Positions 46,963 through 54,771 of a stretch of DNA of 64,000 nt are shown here, piece by piece. Origin of the DNA: Victivallales bacterium (lineage in GTDB: Bacteria > Verrucomicrobiota > Lentisphaeria > Victivallales > Victivallaceae); NCBI GenBank assembly GCA_963678305.2, contig CAXXVV010000008.1, forward strand, positions 34,437 through 98,436. Reading direction: 5' to 3'. The position numbers and the translations under genes were made by a program. The notes under the pieces are model-generated. The model did not search any database, was not told where the DNA came from, and saw nothing but the letters and a program-made list of their open reading frames with translations. The stretch's first letter is position 1. Each line of letters starts with the position of its first letter.

Positions 46963-49557
46963 ATGCGTATTTTAAATTTATTAGCCAATCTCCGATTGGT
47001 CGTTGTTGCTCCGTTGTTAATCTTTCTCTGCTCGTGCGCTTCAAGCAACCGGATGATGCGACTGTCGCCATTCCGGGAGAACCGCCACTACAGTTCCTTG
47101 AAAGACGGCGGAACAAAAATCAGCCGGAATAGTATCAAAAACTTTAACCGGCCCAAAGACCGTGAAAACTTTGCCGCGCGATTCGAAAACCGGATCAATA
47201 TCTGGCCATTCGTCTATCGCGAGGGCGATTTCACTTCTCTGATGTGGCCGCTTGCCGACATCGATCCTTACGGTGTCGCAATTCGTCCGTTCTACAATCA
47301 GGAAGGCAACGAATATTCGATCATGTTTCCGCTTTCCGCCTGGAATCCGGTCAATAACGATGGCTGGGCCGCGCTTTATTACTGGAACGCCAAGCGCGGA
47401 TATTACGGCCTCGCTCCATTCCTGCACCTGAAATACCAGCACGACCGTTTACGCAGTTACCTGCTGTTTTGCGGACTGTTGAACCATTACAGTTCAACCG
47501 GAAAGGACAATTACAGCTTTTCTCTATTCAATTATTACCAAAGCTGTAAAAATGAGCGCTTCACCAGCAATTTTATCCCTTTTTCATTTTACAAGTCCGA
47601 CAAGGATTACTGCCGTCTGTTCATCCTGCCTAATTTTTACGCGGAAAAATATCCATCCAAAACCTTGAACACCTGGTTTCCACTGTACTACTACTGTTCT
47701 TTACCTGAATACTCTGAAAAAACTTTCTGGCTGATGGGATATCTGCTCGGACACCACCGCCAGATGTCTCAAGAACGTTACTCCATGTCTATTCTGAACT
47801 TCTACAAGGATAACGACAATCACGGCCTGGTTCCGCTTTACTGGTATAACAACGATGAAAAACAGCATTTGAACCTGCTTGGGCTATCGGGAATCAAGTA
47901 TAATAAAAACGGAGAGTTGGACAAATTGTACGCATTGCCGCTATTGTGGTATCAACGTCCGGATTACGGCCCTGTTACTAATTTGTCCAACAAAGGAGTT
48001 CTATATATATTCCCATACCTGTCATCTGGCGTGGAATGGGGAATAATCCCTTTGTTTATTTATGACAGGGGGGGGAAAGAACTTTTTATCCCTCCATTAT
48101 TAAGTAAGTTAAACTTTTCCAGAGAACCGGATGGTCATATCCTATTCCCTTTCGGTCGATACGAAATATCTGATTTAGGTTCAGAGTATTATTTCTGGCC
48201 ACTGTTTCGCTATAAATCGTCCGATTTCGAACATACTAATATCAAGCCGCTTTTTTTATTTAATTATTTGAATTCAGCAACTCCCAACAAAGCTCGGAAA
48301 CATTTTGCTTTAACAACTCCCTTTTACGGCTATGAAATCAAGACCTGGAACGACTCCCATGATCACAATAAATTAATATTCAATAATTACAACTGGAACA
48401 TCTTTCCCTATTACTTGAGTTATAAAACCAAAATAAATGAAAAATCGGATGAATCCTTAATCGAATCCCATTCCGTTGTTTTTCCGGTTGCCTACTGGCG
48501 TACTGACCAGAAGTACTGGCACTGGTGGTTTCTGTTGGGCTACGCGGGATGCGACGATCCGGATCGATTCAAACTTTGTCATGATTGGATACAAAGCGAT
48601 TTTTACCATGGATTTTTTCCGATCTACCTGTACTCTTCAGAAAAAAATAAATCATCCTTGGTATTTCCCGCACTGTTATCTTGGTATAATTCGGAAAAGA
48701 TCGATCCTGACTGCGGTTTTCCTGAACGCATCTTCGGCAGCGCCATGAAACAATCAGGACTGAAAAGCGGCAAGAAAGCTTCCGCCAACTGGCTGCTGTT
48801 CTGTCATACCAGTTCTTCCAGCAAGGACGCGATCCTGCCGATGCCGACCAATTATTCCAATAAGGTTGTGACCAAATCAAGTGAACAGTTTTTCTGGCTT
48901 TACAACAACTGGAGTAAGCAATACAAGATGTGGGATTACGAAAAAATCAAACAGCAGCGCATCAAAGAAGTAATGAGCTCCGTTGCCGCACTGGTCGACC
49001 TGGATTACTGGAATCTTGAAGAGTTGAATTCGTTTCCTGGCTTCAAAGTCAGCTCCTACAGCCTGGGCTATAAATACCGCCGCAAGAAAATGACGCCGGA
49101 AGAACGCAAAAAGCAAGCCATCAAAGCGGCAAAAGAACTGAAAAAGCTCCTGCAAAAGTTCGGCTTTGCCAACATTGACTTGAAAGACCGTACCGCATTG
49201 TTCAAAGTCCTGTACGAACTTGACAAACGTTATACCGTCGAAGCCAGGTCCGGCACTACAATCATTCCCCTGCTCTACTACAGAAATTACGACCGGGACA
49301 AAGACTACTGGAATATCCTGCTGCTGCTTTCAGATTACAAACGGGAAAAAGATTACAGTAAATTCGCTATCCTCAAATACCTTTTCCGGGTGGAGCAGGA
49401 CAAACAGCATTATAATTGCGACGTTTTTCCTTTTATCAATTACTCAAGTCGCCAGGATCAATCAAGTTTCTCGTTCATGTGGCGACTTTTCAGGATTGAA
49501 AAGCAAAAAGGAAAAATCAGCAAACTGTATCTTGGGTTCATCCCGTTCAAGCTGTAA
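46963..49557 (+). CDS. Large lipoprotein with about two dozen aromatic x-P-[LF]-aromatic repeats; function unknown
   Basis: GGGAGG RBS. Signal plus lipobox MRILNLLANLRLVVVAPLLIFLCSC. Recurring motifs include WPFVY, FPLYYY, VPLYWY, LPLLWY, IPLFIY, WPLFRY, FPIYLY and IPLLYY. Confidence 0.7.
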   Translation: MRILNLLANLRLVVVAPLLIFLCSCASSNRMMRLSPFRENRHYSSLKDGGTKISRNSIKNFNRPKDRENFAARFENRINIWPFVYREGDFTSLMWPLADIDPYGVAIRPFYNQEGNEYSIMFPLSAWNPVNNDGWAALYYWNAKRGYYGLAPFLHLKYQHDRLRSYLLFCGLLNHYSSTGKDNYSFSLFNYYQSCKNERFTSNFIPFSFYKSDKDYCRLFILPNFYAEKYPSKTLNTWFPLYYYCSLPEYSEKTFWLMGYLLGHHRQMSQERYSMSILNFYKDNDNHGLVPLYWYNNDEKQHLNLLGLSGIKYNKNGELDKLYALPLLWYQRPDYGPVTNLSNKGVLYIFPYLSSGVEWGIIPLFIYDRGGKELFIPPLLSKLNFSREPDGHILFPFGRYEISDLGSEYYFWPLFRYKSSDFEHTNIKPLFLFNYLNSATPNKARKHFALTTPFYGYEIKTWNDSHDHNKLIFNNYNWNIFPYYLSYKTKINEKSDESLIESHSVVFPVAYWRTDQKYWHWWFLLGYAGCDDPDRFKLCHDWIQSDFYHGFFPIYLYSSEKNKSSLVFPALLSWYNSEKIDPDCGFPERIFGSAMKQSGLKSGKKASANWLLFCHTSSSSKDAILPMPTNYSNKVVTKSSEQFFWLYNNWSKQYKMWDYEKIKQQRIKEVMSSVAALVDLDYWNLEELNSFPGFKVSSYSLGYKYRRKKMTPEERKKQAIKAAKELKKLLQKFGFANIDLKDRTALFKVLYELDKRYTVEARSGTTIIPLLYYRNYDRDKDYWNILLLLSDYKREKDYSKFAILKYLFRVEQDKQHYNCDVFPFINYSSRQDQSSFSFMWRLFRIEKQKGKISKLYLGFIPFKL

Positions 49558-50580
49558 TTAGCCGGCTGTACTCTTATCGGTAATGCGCCATTGCGGTTCG
49601 ATCCGGAACGGATTTTTAAACTGCCGTTTGAGCAGGTTGTGTTCACTCAAATGAATGAAACATTCCTTCTGGCAGGCTTTGCCGCAAATGCAGGCGGCAA
49701 CATTGTATCCGACCCCGCCGTAAGACTTCCGGACAATATTTCTGACTTCTTCAGCCTCGTCCGGCGTCAAACGCTTGTTGCCCCGGACCAGTTCGTCCGC
49801 ATACGGCAGGGACGAAAGCGCGTCCGGCGGCAGAAACGGATTCAATTCTGAACAACAGCCACTGTAATAAGCGCTGCATTGCCATTCGTCCAGCGTCCAT
49901 GACGGTATTTTCTTACCGTCCCAGTCGCGTTCGCGTATTTCCTTTATAATAGCGTTTCCCGGACAGGCCGCGGCGCATTTACCACACTGATCACACAACG
50001 ATGCCGCGGCAATTGGATCAGGTTCAAGTTCGGCATCGGTCAGGATAAAAGCAAAGCGCTGCAGCGGCCCGAAATCCGGGGTCAGAAAAAAGCCGCCCAT
50101 CCCGATCTCGCCAATCCCGCACAAATAAGCAGCCTGGTCAAAATTGATTTGCACATCCGGGGCCGGTTTGCCGGGGGCGACCGGAATCGCGGTATATTTT
50201 TGAGTATCCTCACCTTCAGGATTTATCCCCGGTTTGTCAGCGTGGCGGCGGTCCGACTCCGCCATCAGAGTCACACCTTCGTAACCGGCATCTTCAAGAA
50301 AACAAGATACCCGGCGCAGCGTATGCGGTGCGATATTGCAATCGATATTGCGAATGCTCATAGCCGGGTACTGGAAAAACTCAGTCCCGGTCTCAATTCC
50401 ACGCATACTGCCGCGCAAAACCCTGAAACCAAGTCCGATGACCGATTTGGCGGCCGGGGCGATATGCCTCGGGTCCTCGGTCGGCCCGGTTCCTTCAAAA
50501 CGTTCGATCGGGGCAATACCAACCAGATCGGCTCCGAAAAATTCGGCTTTTTCTTTTATAATAGTACTGTTTATCTGCAT
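49558..50580 (-). CDS. QueG/RdhA-superfamily iron-sulfur protein, paralogue 1 (function unknown)
   Basis: The start at 50580 has AGGGAGA upstream. AAYLCGIGEIG...LTPDFGPLQRFAFILTDAELEPDPI, then CDQCGKCAAACPGNAI, a distal Cys in WQCSAYY, and CICGKACQKEC. Confidence 0.7.
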   Translation of the reverse strand: MQINSTIIKEKAEFFGADLVGIAPIERFEGTGPTEDPRHIAPAAKSVIGLGFRVLRGSMRGIETGTEFFQYPAMSIRNIDCNIAPHTLRRVSCFLEDAGYEGVTLMAESDRRHADKPGINPEGEDTQKYTAIPVAPGKPAPDVQINFDQAAYLCGIGEIGMGGFFLTPDFGPLQRFAFILTDAELEPDPIAAASLCDQCGKCAAACPGNAIIKEIRERDWDGKKIPSWTLDEWQCSAYYSGCCSELNPFLPPDALSSLPYADELVRGNKRLTPDEAEEVRNIVRKSYGGVGYNVAACICGKACQKECFIHLSEHNLLKRQFKNPFRIEPQWRITDKSTAG

Positions 50581-50581
50581 T

Positions 50582-51649
50582 TTACTTCTCCCTGATTTGC
50601 CGGTCAAGCTTCCACGGTTTGCCGGTTCTGAAATTATTTTTAAACTTGTTATTCATACAGTCGCGTTTTTCCATGGTATTAACACAGGCCCGCAAGCAGC
50701 CGCCGCATTTCGGAGCGTTATATCCCAGCGGATTGGCATAATTATCCCGGATGACTGCGGCATACGAGTTGAATTCATGGGCTGTCACGGAGCCTTTACC
50801 TTGAAAGACTTCATCGCCTCCCGGCAGTTGAGAAAACGCGCCTTCCGGCAGAAACGGATTTGATTTACCGCTGGCCCCCTGATAGTACGCGAAACAGTCC
50901 CATTCATTCAACTTACCCCATTCGACTTTATTGCCGGCCAGTTCAACCTGAACGGTTTCTTTGGCGGAAATACATTTGCCCGGACAGGCGGCCACGCACG
51001 CCATGCAGCGGTTGCAAAGCGGTTCGCCGCCGTAGATCGGGTCCGGTTCCAATTCCGCGTCGGTCAGAATAAATGCCTGCCGGCTACGTGGTCCGAACTG
51101 AGGAGTTAACAGCATTTTACTGTAGCCGATCTCCCCGAGTCCGCAAAGATACGCGGCAATCCGGAACTGGAAAAGAATATCCGGTCCCGGATAACCGGCC
51201 TTAACCGGATGAGAGTAGTTTACCGAGCGTTTATGATCTTCCGGCGACTCCTGAAATCCGGGGCGCCCGTCCATATCGGAAACCGGGCCGCGTCCGCCGG
51301 TGTTACGGAACACCGAAGCCTCATAGCCGTGATCCTCGATCAGACGTCCCACATTATGCAGGACAAACGGCGCAACATTTTCATTGATAGACGCGTAGCC
51401 CATTGACGGGTACATGTAAAAGTTCGTACCTTCTTCAACCCCTCTGAGATAACCGCGCGGAATCCTGAAAATAAACCCGATCATGCTTTTCGCCTGCGGG
51501 TGGATATAACGCGGGTCCAACTCTTTCGGAGCTCCTTCGAATCGCGACATCGGCGCGATCCCGACCGCATCGGCGCCGTACTCCCTGGCCAGACGCTTGA
51601 TCTTAGCACTGGTCAATCCGGACGATCCGGAAAATTTGTTACTATCCAT
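50582..51649 (-). CDS. QueG/RdhA-superfamily iron-sulfur protein, paralogue 2 (function unknown)
   Basis: The start at 51649 has GAGGAAG upstream. AAYLCGLGEIG...LTPQFGPRSRQAFILTDAELEPDPI, CNRCMACVAACPGKCI, WDCFAYY and CGGCLRAC. Confidence 0.7.
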   Translation of the reverse strand: MDSNKFSGSSGLTSAKIKRLAREYGADAVGIAPMSRFEGAPKELDPRYIHPQAKSMIGFIFRIPRGYLRGVEEGTNFYMYPSMGYASINENVAPFVLHNVGRLIEDHGYEASVFRNTGGRGPVSDMDGRPGFQESPEDHKRSVNYSHPVKAGYPGPDILFQFRIAAYLCGLGEIGYSKMLLTPQFGPRSRQAFILTDAELEPDPIYGGEPLCNRCMACVAACPGKCISAKETVQVELAGNKVEWGKLNEWDCFAYYQGASGKSNPFLPEGAFSQLPGGDEVFQGKGSVTAHEFNSYAAVIRDNYANPLGYNAPKCGGCLRACVNTMEKRDCMNNKFKNNFRTGKPWKLDRQIREK

Positions 51650-52080
51650 ACTTCCTCGTTTTGTTGTTAATTTGATAGTTAACGATATCTGATTTACAAG
51701 CACGGAAAAACTGAAATACCCTGAAAGTTTTTTCGTTTCTGCTGTTGGACGGGATCGAAAGTCGGCAAGGCCGAATTACCGCGAATTACGCCCTGCGTTC
51801 AACGCTTTTGAAAAACTCTGAATCGTTTTTCAAAACCATCACTCCGTGCGAACTGCTTAACACGCAATAAATTGCGTAACTTACTTTCGCCGCAAGCGGC
51901 GACCAACGCTCCTGCGTTGGATCCAGTCCGGCAACGTGCCGGTGCGGAATAATTTAAAAATTTTTCTTTCTTTTTTACTTTTGTCGGGGCCGTCCTGTTG
52001 CAGAAATTTAAATACCTTTTCCGTGGTATTCTGTGTCTTCCGCGGTTATTGTTTAAATGCAAACCTGCTTATCAGGCTCA

Positions 52081-52857
52081 TTACAATTGCGCTGAAATCA
52101 TTTCCGCGTGCTTACGCAGAATTTTTACCCGTTCGTTAATATCTATCCTGCCTGCTTCGATGAACAGGGACGGAATCGACTGGGCCAGCGCACCGACAAA
52201 TTCCCCATGCTTATCATAAACCGGAATTCCCAGCGCGGAAACATCTTCCGAACACTCTCCCATACACAATGCATAGCCGTTTCGTTTGATCTTTTCAATC
52301 TCAACTCTCATTTCTCCAACCGTGGTTATCGTATTAGCCGCAATCTTTTCAGGCGGATTAAGTTCCGCAAGTTCGGCAAACCAGTCAATCCCCTTCTCCG
52401 CGAGGATCACCTTGCCCGCCCCGGTGCAATGCAGCAGCTTCAACCAGTGCTGTTCCGGTCGCACCACCAGATTGCCTCCGCCCTGGCACAAAGACAAACA
52501 AACCAGCGACATATTCGCTTCACAACCGAAGAACGTCGTATCATTCGTCTCTTCCGCCAATTTCCTGACCACCGGCCCCACCGCGTCCCGTACCCGGCTG
52601 AAACAATTCAACGCCCCGGTTTGCAGTTGCATGCATTCCACTCCAAGCAGATAGCGGTTGTGCTTATCCTGAGCCAGATACTTTCTCGCGAACAAAGTAC
52701 GGATGATATTGTGCGCCGTAGCCATTCCCAGACCGGTCGCGGCGGCAATATCTGTCGATCGCATCGGTTCGGAACTGTCTCTAACCGCTTCCAGAATATC
52801 CAGGGCACGCATTAATGATTGAATATGTTGTCGTTCTTTTTTCACAGTAAAACACAT
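52081..52857 (-). CDS. IclR-family transcriptional regulator
   Basis: The N-terminal wHTH SLMRALDILEAVRDSSEPMRSTDIAAATGLGMATAHNIIRTL plus a C-terminal IclR effector domain. Confidence 0.9.
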   Translation of the reverse strand: MCFTVKKERQHIQSLMRALDILEAVRDSSEPMRSTDIAAATGLGMATAHNIIRTLFARKYLAQDKHNRYLLGVECMQLQTGALNCFSRVRDAVGPVVRKLAEETNDTTFFGCEANMSLVCLSLCQGGGNLVVRPEQHWLKLLHCTGAGKVILAEKGIDWFAELAELNPPEKIAANTITTVGEMRVEIEKIKRNGYALCMGECSEDVSALGIPVYDKHGEFVGALAQSIPSLFIEAGRIDINERVKILRKHAEMISAQL

Positions 52858-52977
52858 TATTACAATATTATTGTATTAATTAATAATTTATACAACTATA
52901 TAATAATACCTGCAATATAATTTGTCAATCTTAATTCTAAATTTTATAACTTTTTTGTAAAATCTTATCGCATAGTA

Positions 52978-53006
52978 TTGACATATTCGAAATAATCATG
53001 TATAAT
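52978..53006 (+). promoter_or_regulatory. Consensus sigma70 promoter (TTGACA-17-TATAAT) of the GntR/LacI-pseudopilin-GH2 locus
   Basis: TTGACA at 52978-52983, a 17-nt spacer, and TATAAT at 53001-53006 preceded by TG. Confidence 0.6.
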
Positions 53007-53025
53007 GGTAAGGTATGGTAAGGTA
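53006..53025 (+). repeat. Perfect tandem decamer TGGTAAGGTA x2 at the predicted transcription start (candidate operator)
   Basis: Read directly: 53006-53015 and 53016-53025 are identical. Confidence 0.7.
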
Positions 53026-53051
53026 AACAAAGAGAGACAGGAATAGCGCAC

Positions 53052-54122
53052 ATGTCTGCTGAAGTAATAGATAAAGAATCGATAAAACCGCTATATATGC
53101 AGATCAGGGAATGGCTGATGCAGGAAGCGGAGAAAGACCCGGATTTCCGGTTTCCGTCGGAACGTGAACTTTGCCGGCTGTATGGCGTAAGCCGCCCAAC
53201 CGTGCAAAAAGCGTTGAGCTATTTTATTGAAAATGACCTGATCGTCCGGCGTCCCGGAATCGGAACCATGATTCGCAAAGGACGATCTATTTCCCCGGAA
53301 GCAATCACCGCGGTAAAGGTGGTAATCAGGGCGGATTGGATCAAGTGGGAGGACGACCTTTATTTTGCCCGGATACTGGCGGGGATTCTAACTTGTATCA
53401 GAAATAATAATCGTCAATTGACAATTCAACAGTATTCAGATAAAGTCCAGCATTTACTGCTGAATTCACCTGAAATATGTTCTCTATGGCTCTCTCCGGA
53501 ATCCACCGAGATAGATGCCATGAAGACCCTGGCCCAGAACGGCCATAAAGTTATCGCAATCAATCGTGAGGTAGATTACCCGAATATATCCTATGCGACA
53601 ACCGACCATGAATGCGGCGGGAAAATTGCCGTTGAATATCTTTTAGACAAGGGTCACCGCAACATTCTTTATATCGGGACCATGCTGGACCGGAAGATCA
53701 ATGACCAAAGATATCTTGGTTATCTGGCCGCGACAAGAAATATCCCGGCCCGCATCACACCGCCTCCGATCAATCTTGAAAAAGTTGATTATGCCGACGA
53801 ACTCAAAGACAAGTTGAAAGAAGCTCTTGCAGTGCGACCGCGCCCAACCGCTCTTTTTCTGGCAAACGGTCACTTTCAACAACCAGTAATGAATATTCTG
53901 TCCGAACTGGGCTTAAACGTCACTGATGATATTTCAGTTATCAGCTTCGATGATATTGAGAACGTATCCGAAAAATACGGCATAACGGTAGTCCGTCAGC
54001 CGCTTAATAATCTCAGCCGGCACGCATTTGAGGCAATATCCCAAAGAGAACATATCAAAGAAAAAATCCAACCTGAAATAATTGAAAGAACATCAATAAA
54101 AACCATCACCCCGGAGAACTAA
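53052..54122 (+). CDS. Hybrid regulator: GntR-type wHTH fused to a LacI/PBP1-type sugar-binding domain
   Basis: The N-terminus [41 protein letters not shown] (GntR) is followed by a periplasmic-binding-protein-like domain of about 270 aa (ISFDDIE...). Confidence 0.8.
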   Translation: MSAEVIDKESIKPLYMQIREWLMQEAEKDPDFRFPSERELCRLYGVSRPTVQKALSYFIENDLIVRRPGIGTMIRKGRSISPEAITAVKVVIRADWIKWEDDLYFARILAGILTCIRNNNRQLTIQQYSDKVQHLLLNSPEICSLWLSPESTEIDAMKTLAQNGHKVIAINREVDYPNISYATTDHECGGKIAVEYLLDKGHRNILYIGTMLDRKINDQRYLGYLAATRNIPARITPPPINLEKVDYADELKDKLKEALAVRPRPTALFLANGHFQQPVMNILSELGLNVTDDISVISFDDIENVSEKYGITVVRQPLNNLSRHAFEAISQREHIKEKIQPEIIERTSIKTITPEN

Positions 54123-54123
54123 C

Positions 54124-54735
54124 ATGAAAACATCCAGGCCGCAACCATTCACGCTAATCGAACTTCTTATCGTGATAGCAATTATCGCGATACTCGCTTC
54201 CATGCTGCTCCCGGCTCTGAACCAGGCCAGAGATCGGGCCAAACAGATCAGCTGCGCTTCGAATCTGAAACAAATGGGGACTTTTCTGACTATGTACTGT
54301 GACGATTACAACCGCTGGCTGCCCCCTGCCACGCAGTGGGGGCATTATCCCCAGGTAGACGGATTGATTGAGGCTACTTTCAATACCGGCTACATCAAAA
54401 ACAACAAAATCTTTTTCTGTCCGAGCCGTCCGCTTGGAAAACCCGGAACCTACTGGAGCCCAAGCCCCGGCGGAGCCAACAACTGGATCAGCTACCAATA
54501 TCTGCCTTATCGCTGGGGCATCCTCTTTCCTCATAAAATATCTGATGTCAAATCCCGCTGGCCATTGCTGATGACAGATCTGAACGACTTGACCAATAGA
54601 GGGTTCAACCATCCCATGAGCACCACGGACTGGAGCGGATTCAACACCCTGTATATGGACGGACATGTAAGCTGGCGAAAACCGGAACAGTATATCAACA
54701 AATACGCCAACGGCAGCTGCACCTATTACTATTAA
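54124..54735 (+). CDS. Prepilin-type N-terminal cleavage/methylation protein with an H-X9-DG-like C-terminus (DUF1559-like pseudopilin)
   Basis: [24 protein letters not shown] is a class III signal. The C-terminus is [12 protein letters not shown]. It starts 1 nt after the regulator stop. Confidence 0.85.
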   Translation: MKTSRPQPFTLIELLIVIAIIAILASMLLPALNQARDRAKQISCASNLKQMGTFLTMYCDDYNRWLPPATQWGHYPQVDGLIEATFNTGYIKNNKIFFCPSRPLGKPGTYWSPSPGGANNWISYQYLPYRWGILFPHKISDVKSRWPLLMTDLNDLTNRGFNHPMSTTDWSGFNTLYMDGHVSWRKPEQYINKYANGSCTYYY

Positions 54736-54771
54736 TAATAGCTAAAAACTTACACAATAGAAATTAATCTT

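Noticed and set aside
51940-52045. A possible cobalamin riboswitch upstream of the QueG/RdhA-like genes. The minus strand reads ACGGAAAAGGTATTTAAATTTCTGCAACAGGACGGCCCCGACAAAAGT, then GCCGGACTGG...GCAGGAGCG.
   Set aside because: The resemblance to the GGGAA...GGTG.AA..CC...GC.G.CCCGC.ACTGT core and to the B12 box is loose. The GCCACTG and AGxCAGGAxACCxGCC elements are not convincingly present. I kept this only as a reason to run cmscan, not as a call.
51799-52062. 87-aa minus-strand ORF in the iclR / Fe-S intergenic region.
   Set aside because: The sequence is extremely basic and low-complexity (RGRHRIPRKRY..., KVKKKEKF), has no RBS, and spans the hairpin cluster and a homopolymer tract. More likely non-coding.
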